64,000 nucleotides of DNA. Source: Candidatus Kaiserbacteria bacterium (GTDB taxonomy: Bacteria; Patescibacteriota; Minisyncoccia; Phycocordibacterales; UBA2100). The translations under genes and the position numbers were made by a program. The notes beneath the pieces are model-generated. The model had not been told where the DNA came from. It saw only the letters and a list, made by a program, of their open reading frames with translations, and searched no databases. The first letter of the stretch is position 1. The number at the start of each line of letters is the position of its first letter. Below, piece by piece: positions 38,890 to 48,125 of the stretch. Where the stretch lies: the NCBI GenBank assembly GCA_016432285.1, contig CP066682.1, forward strand, positions 730,274 to 794,273. The letters run 5' to 3'.

Positions 38890-39931
38890 GGTGCTTTGCC
38901 ATCTCGCGGATCAGCTGCTCCGTTTCTTCCCAGCCCATGCACGGGTCGGTGACAGACAGCCCCTCGCGATCGATTGTCTCCGGATCGAGCGATTCGATCT
39001 TTTGCGCTCCGGGCTTCAGGAAGCTTTCGATCATAAAACCTTTCACCAGTTTTTTCACTTCCGGGTTGACGGCGCGTACCGCCAAGACCTCCTTCACCAC
39101 CATGGCCTGCCGGCTCGGATCTTTGACGCCGTTGAAGCGGCAGTTGTCGTGGCTCGCGTCGACGATGATCGCCGGATTGTGCACTTTCTGTTTTTCAAAA
39201 AGCGTTTTCGCCTCCATGACATGCTCGACGCCGTAGTTGGGGCCGTCGGAGCCGCCCCGCAGCACGAGGTGCGCGTACTTGTTGCCCTTCGTCTCCACCT
39301 GATTGCCATCCCACACCGCGTGGTGCTTGTGCTGCGCCGCGACGATGCCGTTGACGGCCACTTCGATCGATCCCGTCGTGCCGTTTTTCATGCCGACCGG
39401 ACAGTCCGTGCCCGAGGCGAAGATGCGGTGCTCCTGATCTTCCACACTGCGTGCGCCGATCGCCATCCACGAAAGCAGCTCCGCGAAACCTTTTGCGTTG
39501 TGCGTGAAGACCGCCTCATCCGCGATGGGGAGGCCCATCTCTACCGCTTGCACCATCATGTCGCGGCAGTACGCGGCACCCTCTGGAATGTCAGGCGCCT
39601 GAAACGGATCCGGCTGGTTGACCGGCCCGAGCCAGCCCTTGATCGTCCGGGGCTTTTGGATGTACACGCGCATGACGAGCTTGATCCGCTTCTCGACGTC
39701 GGCGGAAAGATTCTTGAGCCGCTTGGCGAACTCCAAAACCGCCGGCGAAGGCCACGCGGAGCAGGGCCCCACGATGAGGAGAAGTCGATCATCGCGGCCG
39801 TCGAGGATTGTGCGGATCTCGTCGCGGTCAGCGAATACTTTTTTTTGAGCGCTCTTTGAGAGCGGGTAGCGCGCGATGATGTCGTCGATCTGCGGCAGCT
39901 TCCTGACGACCGTGAAATTCGCGTCCATCAA
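38882..39931 (-). CDS. DAHP synthase (class I-alpha, AroF/G/H type)
   Basis: IVGPCS, KPRT..GW, AIGARS, VGMKN, LRGG, DASHDN, SVTDPC. Confidence 0.93.
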   Translation of the reverse strand: MMDANFTVVRKLPQIDDIIARYPLSKSAQKKVFADRDEIRTILDGRDDRLLLIVGPCSAWPSPAVLEFAKRLKNLSADVEKRIKLVMRVYIQKPRTIKGWLGPVNQPDPFQAPDIPEGAAYCRDMMVQAVEMGLPIADEAVFTHNAKGFAELLSWMAIGARSVEDQEHRIFASGTDCPVGMKNGTTGSIEVAVNGIVAAQHKHHAVWDGNQVETKGNKYAHLVLRGGSDGPNYGVEHVMEAKTLFEKQKVHNPAIIVDASHDNCRFNGVKDPSRQAMVVKEVLAVRAVNPEVKKLVKGFMIESFLKPGAQKIESLDPETIDREGLSVTDPCMGWEETEQLIREMAKHHA

Positions 39932-39937
39932 GGGAGC

Positions 39938-40753
39938 TTAGCGCTCTCGCACTGCTTTTTCAAGCACAGGCGCGTACGCCGCGCTCTCAATGTCTCGTTG
40001 GAGCCATAAACGCTCCTGTTCGATTCCCTGCTCCAAAAACATCGTGAGGCCCGAGATCGTCGTCGCACCTTTTTCCTTCGCGGCACGCAGGAGCCCCGTC
40101 TCGAGCGGCGCGTACACGAGATCGAAAACCGCCGCACCAGAGCGGATGAGCGATGCATCAACTGGCAAACCCTCATGGTCCGGCGCCATACCGATCGGGG
40201 TCGCGTTGACGATGACGTCGTATGAAGTGCGCGCAAGATCGCCAGTCGCGACAAACGTGCCGCCGAAAGCGGCAACGAGCTCCCGTGCCTGCCCTTCGTC
40301 GCGATTTGTGCAAAAAATATGCGCCCCGGCTTCCTTGAGATGGAAGGCGACGCAGCGCGCGGCGCCTCCGGCGCCTACGAGGAGCACGTTGGCTTCCGCG
40401 AGGCGCACCTGGCCGAGCGCCTTGCTGATGCCGACCACGTCGGTGTTGTATCCAATGAGTTTCCCGCCTCGATTCACAACCGTGTTGACGGCACCGATCG
40501 CTTTTGCGGTGGCATCGATCTCATCGAGGAGCGGCATGATCGTCTGCTTGTGCGGCATGGTAACGGCCGCGAGATGGATCGGAAGAGATCTCTGGGCGGC
40601 CACAAGTGGCGCGACATCCGCGTGCGCGAAGGCGAGCATCACTGCATCGATCTTCTCGCGCTCGTAGATCGCGTTGTGCAAAAGCGGCGACAGCGAGTGC
40701 TTCACCGGGTTGCCGAAAATCGCCGTGAGTTTTGTCGCGGGAGAAAAGTGCAT
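39938..40753 (-). CDS. aroE: Shikimate dehydrogenase
   Basis: HSLSP, VTMPHK, GAVNT, NTD, GAGGAA, NATPIG. Confidence 0.93.
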   Translation of the reverse strand: MHFSPATKLTAIFGNPVKHSLSPLLHNAIYEREKIDAVMLAFAHADVAPLVAAQRSLPIHLAAVTMPHKQTIMPLLDEIDATAKAIGAVNTVVNRGGKLIGYNTDVVGISKALGQVRLAEANVLLVGAGGAARCVAFHLKEAGAHIFCTNRDEGQARELVAAFGGTFVATGDLARTSYDVIVNATPIGMAPDHEGLPVDASLIRSGAAVFDLVYAPLETGLLRAAKEKGATTISGLTMFLEQGIEQERLWLQRDIESAAYAPVLEKAVRER

Positions 40754-40755
40754 GG

Positions 40756-41190
40756 TTACTGTAGGTGCGGCGCGAGCGTCTCCAGCGCTTCGATGTATCC
40801 GTGCTCCTTCTTGCCGCTTATCTGCGCGATGCATGCGGGAGCGGTCACGGAGACCGTGCGCCAGCTCTCTCGTGAGATGATGTCCGAAAGATGCACTTCG
40901 ACGGCGGGAAGCTTGGTGTCGAGGAGCGCGTCGTGGAGGGCGTAGCTGTAGTGCGTGAGCGCCCCAGGATTGACGATGATGCCGCGGGCGCCTTCGCTCT
41001 CCTTCTGGAGCCAGTCGATGAGGGCACCCTCGTGGTTGGATTGAAATGCTTTCACTGTGTGCCCGCGCGCCTCGGCCTCCTTTTTCACAAGCGCTTCGAG
41101 CGCCGGGAGTGAAAGCGAGCCGTACTGCGCCGCGTCGCGCTTCCCAAGCTGGTTGAGGTTTGGCCCGTGAAGAAGAAGGATGGTGGCCAT
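40756..41190 (-). CDS. aroQ: Type II 3-dehydroquinate dehydratase
   Basis: HGPNLNQLGKR, QSNHEG, NPGALTH, EVHLS. Confidence 0.95.
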   Translation of the reverse strand: MATILLLHGPNLNQLGKRDAAQYGSLSLPALEALVKKEAEARGHTVKAFQSNHEGALIDWLQKESEGARGIIVNPGALTHYSYALHDALLDTKLPAVEVHLSDIISRESWRTVSVTAPACIAQISGKKEHGYIEALETLAPHLQ

Positions 41191-41206
41191 GGAAAAAGAA
41201 ATCGTA

Positions 41207-41899
41207 CTACAGGAGCGCGTCTTCGGCGAGCGCCGAAAGGCGTTGAAAAGCGGCCGCCGGATCGGGAGCGCGCGCGATGGCCGCGCCCACGCCAAAGCGC
41301 CGCGCGCCAGCGCGCACCAGATCCTTCATGTTGGTTTCGGACACGCCGCCATCGACGCTGATGGTGATTTCAGGATAGCGGTCGTGGAATGCTGCGATGC
41401 GCGTCGGCGCGCTCGGCTCGTACGGAATCCCCTGCGTGCCGATCCGCGTGATCGACATCAGGTGCACGACGTCAACGATATATTTGTGGTGCTCCATCAC
41501 TTCAAGCGGCGTATCCCAGAGCATGGCGAGCCCCACCTCTGCCGCACCGTGGCGCTTCCATGCGTCGAGCGCGCCGTGCGCGTCGTTTTCGCCGGCGAAG
41601 GCCTCGACGTGCGCGATGATTCGGTTCGCACCCGCTTTGGCAAATTCGATCCCCAGAAGCCGCGGATCTTGCACCATGAGATGTATCTCGGGAAGGACGC
41701 CGACCACCATGGAAAGGTCGACGGCGCCGTATTCGCCTGCCTTTTCGTACGGCCATGTCGTAACGGGCGCGAAGCGCCCGTCGTCGATGTCGATATGTAT
41801 TTCGGAAGCGAACGGCTTGATCAGAGACACGCAGGCGCGTATCTCCTCTGCGCTTTGCGGCACGCACGTGGGCACGATCGCGATTCCTTTTTCGCTCAT
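41207..41899 (-). CDS. rpe: Ribulose-phosphate 3-epimerase
   Basis: HIDIDDG, IHLMV, SVDGGV. Confidence 0.85.
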   Translation of the reverse strand: MSEKGIAIVPTCVPQSAEEIRACVSLIKPFASEIHIDIDDGRFAPVTTWPYEKAGEYGAVDLSMVVGVLPEIHLMVQDPRLLGIEFAKAGANRIIAHVEAFAGENDAHGALDAWKRHGAAEVGLAMLWDTPLEVMEHHKYIVDVVHLMSITRIGTQGIPYEPSAPTRIAAFHDRYPEITISVDGGVSETNMKDLVRAGARRFGVGAAIARAPDPAAAFQRLSALAEDALL

Positions 41900-42384
41900 G
41901 TGAGGGAATCGATTTGCTTGATACGGCGCACGTGCCGCTCCTCGCCCGGAAATGCGCGATCGAGCCATGCGGCGACGACCTCCTTTGCCTCGCTTTCTCT
42001 GATGAAGCGCGCGCCGAGCGAGAGCGCGTTGGAGTCGTTGTGCTCGCGGGTCGAGGCGATCATGTCGAGCGATGTGCCGCCCGCGTCTTTCTGCACGCCG
42101 GCCGCACCATAGTAGAGCGCGCACCGCACGCCTCGGAAGCGGTTGGCGACGATCGCCTCTCCTTGCCCCGAGGCGCCAAGGACGATGGCGCGGCTTTCCA
42201 CGCCGGAGCGGGCGTCGTCGGAGAGTTTTTTGGCGGCGGCCGCGATGAAGTGCGGATAGTCGTCGTCTTTATCAAAAGCAAATGCGCCGCAATCTTCCGC
42301 CTCGTGCCCGAGCGTGCGAACGTATTCTATGAGCGCGTTCTTCAGCTCGAAGCCCGCGTGATCGGCCGCGAAATAAATCTTCAT
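41896..42384 (-). CDS. rpiB: Ribose-5-phosphate isomerase B
   Basis: ADHAGFELK, DYP, REHNDSN, RHVRRI. Confidence 0.92.
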   Translation of the reverse strand: MKIYFAADHAGFELKNALIEYVRTLGHEAEDCGAFAFDKDDDYPHFIAAAAKKLSDDARSGVESRAIVLGASGQGEAIVANRFRGVRCALYYGAAGVQKDAGGTSLDMIASTREHNDSNALSLGARFIRESEAKEVVAAWLDRAFPGEERHVRRIKQIDSLT

Positions 42385-42385
42385 G

Positions 42386-43390
42386 CTACAGGCGCTTTGC
42401 CACCTCGGCGACGTGCTCCAGAAGCGTATGCGTGTACCCGGCCTCGTTGTCGTACCATGCCATTACCTTCACCAGCGTGCCGTCGACGACGCGCGTCATG
42501 GAAAGATCGGCGATCGCGCCGTAGGGCTGCCCGAGAATGTCGGAGGAGACGAGCGGCTCGTCGGTGATCGCAAACACGCGCTTCCATCGGTCGCTCGAAG
42601 CGGCTTTTCGTAAGGCGTCGTTGATTTCTTCCACGGTGGTCGGGCGTTTCGATACGAAGGTCACGTCGACAAGCGAGCCCGCGGGCACCGGGACGCGCAC
42701 CGAAATGCCGTCGAACTTGCCTTTCAGCTGCGGATACGCGAGCGCGGTCGCCTTTGCCGCACCGGTGGAGGTGGGCACGAGGTTTTGCGCCGCAGCGCGA
42801 CTCTCGCGAAGATCCTTGGCGCGGCCGCCGTCGACGATCGCTTGCGAGGCGGTGTAGCCGTGCGTCGTATTCAAAATCGCGCGCTCCACGCCCACCGCTT
42901 CGTCGAGAATGCCGACGAGCGGAGAGGCCGCGTTGGTGGTGCAGGAGGCATTGGAGGTGATGTCGCACTTCCCAAACTGCTCCTCGTTGGCGCCGATGAG
43001 AATCGTCTCCACGCCCTCGCCCTTGCCGGGAGCGGAGATCACCACCTTCTTGGCACCGGCCATGAGGTGCGCCTTCGCTTTTTCACCGTCGGTAAAGAGG
43101 CCAGTCGACTCGATTACGATGTCGACGCCGAGAGCTTTCCACGGCAGCGCCGCAGGATCCTTCTCGGTGTACACCGGCACGGTTGTGCCGTCAATCACGA
43201 TGGCCTTGTCGGCGGCTGCGACGGAAAACGGCGCCCTCCCGTACACGGTGTCATATTTCAAAAGGTACGCGAGGCTTTCCGGCGGAGTGATGTCGTTGAC
43301 GGCGACGAGCTCCATGTCCTTCCGGGCGTGCATCGCCCGCGCGAGCCCCCTGCCGATTCTGCCAAAACCGTTGATCGCGATTTTCACCAT
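42386..43390 (-). CDS. gap: Glyceraldehyde-3-phosphate dehydrogenase type I
   Basis: INGFGRIGR, SNASCTTN, WYDNE. Confidence 0.97.
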   Translation of the reverse strand: MVKIAINGFGRIGRGLARAMHARKDMELVAVNDITPPESLAYLLKYDTVYGRAPFSVAAADKAIVIDGTTVPVYTEKDPAALPWKALGVDIVIESTGLFTDGEKAKAHLMAGAKKVVISAPGKGEGVETILIGANEEQFGKCDITSNASCTTNAASPLVGILDEAVGVERAILNTTHGYTASQAIVDGGRAKDLRESRAAAQNLVPTSTGAAKATALAYPQLKGKFDGISVRVPVPAGSLVDVTFVSKRPTTVEEINDALRKAASSDRWKRVFAITDEPLVSSDILGQPYGAIADLSMTRVVDGTLVKVMAWYDNEAGYTHTLLEHVAEVAKRL

Positions 43391-43416
43391 GCGCAGAATG
43401 ATACTATATCTCCGCG

Positions 43417-44412
43417 CTATTCGCTCGTTGTGGATGTGGCTGTATCAGTGGTTTCTGATTCGGGCTGCGGCTCTGGTTCTGGTTCTGCGCTCGGTGTGCT
43501 TGAGGCCGTTTCTTGCACGATCGGCGCATACGGGTCGTAAATCTCCACGATGCGCGTGGCCGTGCCCCTGTTGCCGCTGCTGTCGCTCGCCTCATACCGC
43601 ACCGTCCATGTCCCCGGCGCCGACGTGTCGATGGAAATCGCCGGCGTGTGGATGTCGTTGAGGTAGAGATCGATGAGGATCGACTGGCCGTCCGCTCCGG
43701 TCGCAAAGGCGCCGAGGTCGGCGTAGCGGTATCCCTTTTCGATGCGCGCCGGATTTTTGCCGAGCACCTGCACGTTGATCGTGCCGCCCGAAGCGGGCGC
43801 GGTGCTCACGCTTCCGCCACCCGAATCTCCCGAAGATGCGCTTCCGGAAGAAGCGTCAGAGCTCGTGGAAGCGATCGGCGCGGGCGGCGTCACGACCGGC
43901 TGATAGCCGGGGATCACTTCCGAGCTATCGTCGAGGAGCGCACCGACAAGCCCGCCGTATGTGGTGGCGACCGTTTTTTGCGTGATGCTCTTGCGCTCGA
44001 TCGCCTGCACCTCCTTGAGGAAGGAGATCTCGCGATCGATTTTCTGCTTCAGCTGCGCCATGGCGTAGAGGCCAAGGTCGCGGTACGGCCCGAGATCGGC
44101 CTTCGAGACGTTCATCGTCTCTTCGACGATGACGTCGCGCCACACGTAATCTTGGAGCGCGATCGTTCTGAACTGATACTTCACGTAGTAGTTGTCTTGA
44201 TCTTCTGTCACTTCCACAATCTGCACTTTGGGAGACCAGCTCGTAAAGTCTTTGCCCGAAATGTAGGTGTTGTCGACCGAGACGACTGTTTCCGATGCCG
44301 AGTAGATCGCCTCCGGATTCGTGGCCGCGAAGACGCCTCCCGCACCGAGGACGAGAATGCCGATCGCAATCGGCACGGCGTTGTGGTACTGCAAGAAGTG
44401 CCAAAATGACAT
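43417..44412 (-). CDS. Membrane-anchored protein with C-terminal Ig-like (DUF5011-type) domain
   Basis: N-terminal TM; LGKNP...DLGAFA...IDTSAPGTWTVRYEASDSSGN...R pattern. Confidence 0.7.
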   Translation of the reverse strand: MSFWHFLQYHNAVPIAIGILVLGAGGVFAATNPEAIYSASETVVSVDNTYISGKDFTSWSPKVQIVEVTEDQDNYYVKYQFRTIALQDYVWRDVIVEETMNVSKADLGPYRDLGLYAMAQLKQKIDREISFLKEVQAIERKSITQKTVATTYGGLVGALLDDSSEVIPGYQPVVTPPAPIASTSSDASSGSASSGDSGGGSVSTAPASGGTINVQVLGKNPARIEKGYRYADLGAFATGADGQSILIDLYLNDIHTPAISIDTSAPGTWTVRYEASDSSGNRGTATRIVEIYDPYAPIVQETASSTPSAEPEPEPQPESETTDTATSTTSE

Positions 44413-44479
44413 GGTCCCTTTCAGTATATAAGAGGAATGCCTCTCGCGTGGCATTGTCCCCACGAGTACGTCTTGTATT

Positions 44480-45658
44480 TCATCGCGTAGTGCAGAAAAG
44501 GTCGAACGACCGCCCGGCCGTCGCACAGAAACGTTTATACTCCCTCGTGTTTGACCCGAAAATAAACTCCGCCCGCAATACGAGAGCCTCGGCGCACGAA
44601 TGTCGAAGATCTACAGGCGCGGATTCGCAGAGACTGAGGGCTCGCTCGCCTTGCGAGCGGTCTTCCTCGAGCACAGCCTGCGCGACGGCAGTGAGGCATG
44701 CGAGACGCCTTTCTGCACCAACCGCTTTGCAGGCACGAACCGCTCCTCCGGGATTATCGAGCGACATTCTGCCAAGAATGGCGAACGCCGTGTCGTAGCA
44801 GTACCCTTGCTGCTCTTGATTTGGGTACCCTTCGCAAAACGAATCAATGCCGACTCCGGCGACAATCCCCTCCCGCGCGTATGGCCAACTTTCTCTGAGG
44901 CAGGCGCCTTCATACTGATCCTCCCCAAACTGCGAACAATACGTGCGGACGGTCGTGGTCGACGGTTTTTGAGACATGCGTTCGATTAACAAAAAATCAT
45001 CCGGTTCCAGGGGTTGGTAAATCTGCATGAAGACCCCTTCGAGACACATGCGTTGTGTACGATCGGACGTCGTTTTTTTGCACAATTGGAGCGAGCGCGG
45101 AATGTCTGCATCGGTGAGAAACACATACAGATGCCCGAGACCGTGATAGCAGATAGCCTTGTCGAGCTCGCTCGGATTCCAAGAACCTCGCGGCTCGCAT
45201 GCGCGGGAGAAATCCGGTATGAGTTTCTGGAGCGCATCCTCGGTCAGCACTTCCGCTCGGAACCTTCCTCCGATGACGCCGTGCATGAACCCGTTCGAGC
45301 ACAGACCGTCCGGGGGATTCAGCGGAATCGCGTCGAGCCACGCATCCGGATTGTCGGCAACGATGCGCTCTCCCAGCTTGTGCGCGAGCACATGGCAGAA
45401 CTGGTAACCAGAATCTGCGCGCCGAATTTCTCGAACGATCGCGAAGATAGCCTTCAATGGCATCTCGGGATAGAGAGCGGCCACTTCGCGCTCATAGCAG
45501 AACGCATGATTCGATTCCTTGTCGCATGCGGCGATGATGGAACGGGCACTCTCAGTCGTTGTTTCGCGTACGAACGCGAATACGCCGAGAAGCAGCAGCA
45601 TCGAGAACAAGAGAGGTAGCGCCGTGCTTCTTTGCATATCGCGCATCAAACAGAGCAC
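44480..45658 (-). CDS. Exported Cys/His-rich protein (CHxxAH, CYHGLGH), paralog A
   Basis: N-terminal TM; repeated Cys motifs shared with the upstream gene. Confidence 0.7.
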   Translation of the reverse strand: MLCLMRDMQRSTALPLLFSMLLLLGVFAFVRETTTESARSIIAACDKESNHAFCYEREVAALYPEMPLKAIFAIVREIRRADSGYQFCHVLAHKLGERIVADNPDAWLDAIPLNPPDGLCSNGFMHGVIGGRFRAEVLTEDALQKLIPDFSRACEPRGSWNPSELDKAICYHGLGHLYVFLTDADIPRSLQLCKKTTSDRTQRMCLEGVFMQIYQPLEPDDFLLIERMSQKPSTTTVRTYCSQFGEDQYEGACLRESWPYAREGIVAGVGIDSFCEGYPNQEQQGYCYDTAFAILGRMSLDNPGGAVRACKAVGAERRLACLTAVAQAVLEEDRSQGERALSLCESAPVDLRHSCAEALVLRAEFIFGSNTREYKRFCATAGRSFDLFCTTR

Positions 45659-46815
45659 GAAGCTCTATATTCGACGGGCAATCTGTCGCAAAGCTTCCGG
45701 GTGCGCCCGCCTCCATATGAGCGTATGTCTTTCGAGAGGCGCATATAGCACGCCCCTCTCATTTGATCACTCACGAGTGCGCAGAAGCGAAACGACGCCT
45801 CCGGATCATTTTCACCGCCCCAAAAGATTGAGGCGACCGCGTCCGCAATACATGCGTCCCGCCCGTCAGCAGCAACAATCAGCCCACACCAGGAAATCGC
45901 CGTGCGAAATTCGTCGTCGGAAAAGCGGTCGACTTTGCGGATGTCTCGCTTCCCGGCGAGCGGAACAAACTCTTTGCCGAATCCCCCGAAGCACGCGTCG
46001 CGCCAATCCTGCCGCTCCTGCGGTATCGCCTCGCAGTACGACGACGCCGTACCGAAGAAAGCCGGATCTGGCGCCCCAAGACGTGCGCCTGCCACCTCGA
46101 GGAGGCGCGGCGTCAGGTAGATGAGACAGAGTGTCTTGGTCGGATCAGGCAGGAGATCGCTCATGCAGGGTGCGAGCGCATCGTTTGCGGAAAAATAGCG
46201 AACACGAGCTTTCATCCATGCGGATCGGTCGTGGCCCCCACCGCCCACGAGCTCCATGATCGCGCCGCCCACGCACTCCGTGTACTCCTGCTGTCCATGT
46301 CCGTCGGTACCTGTCTTTTTACAGAAATCGACCGTCGCAGGAAGATCGTAATCAAAAAAGGCGAAGACGCCGTGCCCGAGGCCGTGGTAGCACATGGTGT
46401 ACGCACCCGAGCGCCCGGGCGCAGTTTCGCAGGCTTCGCGGATACGCGGGAGCGCGGCCTCGCCGCCATATTCCTCGAGTGCGCCAATCACGATCGAGTG
46501 TGAGCACGCATTGCGAAAATCCTGCGAGCAGAGCGCGATTCCCTCGACACCTTTCTGCCGATAAAGTTCGTCGCCTACTGTATGCCCGAGGAGGTGGAGA
46601 TCGGTTTGCGGTGGGAGGGATGCAGCACGGAGCACCTCAAAGGCGTGCTCGGCACCCTTCTCCTTCGCAAGCGCAACGAATCGGTCTTGAATTTCCTGAA
46701 AATTGCGGGCGTCTTTCCCAATACGCTGCGCGTCCCAGGCACTTGATCCTGCGTTTAGAAGAAGTACCGAGACAAGTAGGAAAATAACAACCGCCACTCC
46801 CCTCCAGATCGTCAT
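45646..46815 (-). CDS. Exported Cys/His-rich protein (HLLGH, CSHS, CYHGLGH), paralog B
   Basis: N-terminal TM; same motif order as 44480..45658. Confidence 0.7.
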   Translation of the reverse strand: MTIWRGVAVVIFLLVSVLLLNAGSSAWDAQRIGKDARNFQEIQDRFVALAKEKGAEHAFEVLRAASLPPQTDLHLLGHTVGDELYRQKGVEGIALCSQDFRNACSHSIVIGALEEYGGEAALPRIREACETAPGRSGAYTMCYHGLGHGVFAFFDYDLPATVDFCKKTGTDGHGQQEYTECVGGAIMELVGGGGHDRSAWMKARVRYFSANDALAPCMSDLLPDPTKTLCLIYLTPRLLEVAGARLGAPDPAFFGTASSYCEAIPQERQDWRDACFGGFGKEFVPLAGKRDIRKVDRFSDDEFRTAISWCGLIVAADGRDACIADAVASIFWGGENDPEASFRFCALVSDQMRGACYMRLSKDIRSYGGGRTRKLCDRLPVEYRASCSV

Positions 46816-46840
46816 GCGACAATTATAAACTTTCGAGATC

Positions 46841-47380
46841 TCAGAATTTGAACAGAACGGTGCCGATCATCTCCGAGGGCTGGATTGTGCCCCAGACCCG
46901 GCTGTCTTCACTTTGCGCGCGGTTGTCTCCCATGAGGAAATAATCTTCAGGACCCAGCTTCATTTCAAAATCCGGGCCGTTCCCCGCCTTTTCCCCTTCT
47001 TCCCATTTCTCAATGTTCGCCCCTTTCTCCTCTGCTCCCCCTTCCTCCCATTTTCCCCCTTTTCCCCTTTCTGCTGTCACCGATCCGTTCGCAATGCGGA
47101 TCGTTTCGTTCGGCAGTCCGATTACGCGCTTGAGGATGATCGGGTGCTGCGGATTACGCGGATCGCGGAACACCACCGGCGAGCCGCGGAAAAGCCCGAT
47201 AAGCCGCGGCGAGATCTTTTCCACGAGCAGGTAATCACCTTCCTGAAAAGTCGGCTGCATAGAAATTCCCGTCACGATATACGGCCGTATCAGAAAAGGC
47301 AGGAGCAAAATCAGAGTTGCAACAACGGTCAAGACTGGATCCCTCCGAATTCCTGGGAGGTTTAGCCTTCCAATTTTCAT
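46841..47380 (-). CDS. lepB: Signal peptidase I
   Basis: GISMQPT (Ser), LKRVIGLP (Lys), GDNR..SEDSR; ATG at 47380 overlaps the RAYT3 stop. Confidence 0.9.
   Translation of the reverse strand: MKIGRLNLPGIRRDPVLTVVATLILLLPFLIRPYIVTGISMQPTFQEGDYLLVEKISPRLIGLFRGSPVVFRDPRNPQHPIILKRVIGLPNETIRIANGSVTAERGKGGKWEEGGAEEKGANIEKWEEGEKAGNGPDFEMKLGPEDYFLMGDNRAQSEDSRVWGTIQPSEMIGTVLFKF
46980..47070. repeat. Degenerate 9-nt tandem repeat inside lepB
   Basis: About ten units resembling TT(T/C)(T/C)CCC(C/A)T; encodes ERGKGGKWEEGGAEEKGANIEKWEEGEKAGN. Confidence 0.65.
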
Positions 47381-48125
47381 ACGCCGACATCTTTGTATCG
47401 TAGCCAATAATCCACATGATCCTGAACTTCCCTAGCGCTCGATAGGTACCCGGGGAAAGCTCGCGGAGAAGTAATTACGTGACGGTTGTTGATATATTCT
47501 CCCAGGCTCGAATACTGATACTCGCTTACATGTCTCTGTAGTTTCCCAAAGTCGCGTGCTCCGAATTTCTTCCAATTTGGATCTTTCAATTTGGCTGGAT
47601 TTAGATGAATATAGGAAAATAAATATTTAGCATACGCATCACCCTCCACGTGCGAGGCCTTAAACGTCCCCTGAAAAAGCGCGCCACTTCGCTCATGTTT
47701 TTCATTGAAATACATCGTATACGCAGTCTGTAGTCTCTGCATAAATTTCGAGATACCGCCGTCGACCAGCGGTGTCAGATACAGATGAAAATGATTGGGC
47801 ATCAAACAATACGCGCCTATTGCCACTAAAGAACTGGAAGGTTTAGCCTCCCAGATCCGGCTCGAGGTTTTAGAAGAGAATAGAAAATCGATTCTTTTGT
47901 TTTCTCTATCATTGAGCAGGAAAAGGTACACCAGAAATCTTTTGTACTCCGCTGGCGACATGAACACTCGGCGTTTATCAACGCCTCTATTGTAAATGTG
48001 ATAGAACTCGCCTTCTGCAAAGGTGATGCGTCTCATAGAGTGGGCGGATCGCGGCGCTCACTGGAAGGTTTAGCCTTCCAACGGGAGCGGGGCGGAGCGT
48101 CTACTGGAAGGTTTAGCCTTCCAGT
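47354..48125. repeat. REP-like palindrome family 3 (TGGAAGGTTTAGCCTTCCA), four copies
   Basis: 47354-47372 (in lepB), 47834-47854 (in RAYT3), 48061-48080 and 48103-48125 (upstream, within the giant ORF tail). Confidence 0.9.
47377..48036 (-). CDS. REP-associated tyrosine transposase (RAYT-like) #3
   Basis: YHIYNRGVDKR, CLMPNHFH, GALFQGTFK, YIHLNP, YQYSS; AT-richer than flanks. Confidence 0.88.
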   Translation of the reverse strand: MRRITFAEGEFYHIYNRGVDKRRVFMSPAEYKRFLVYLFLLNDRENKRIDFLFSSKTSSRIWEAKPSSSLVAIGAYCLMPNHFHLYLTPLVDGGISKFMQRLQTAYTMYFNEKHERSGALFQGTFKASHVEGDAYAKYLFSYIHLNPAKLKDPNWKKFGARDFGKLQRHVSEYQYSSLGEYINNRHVITSPRAFPGYLSSAREVQDHVDYWLRYKDVGV

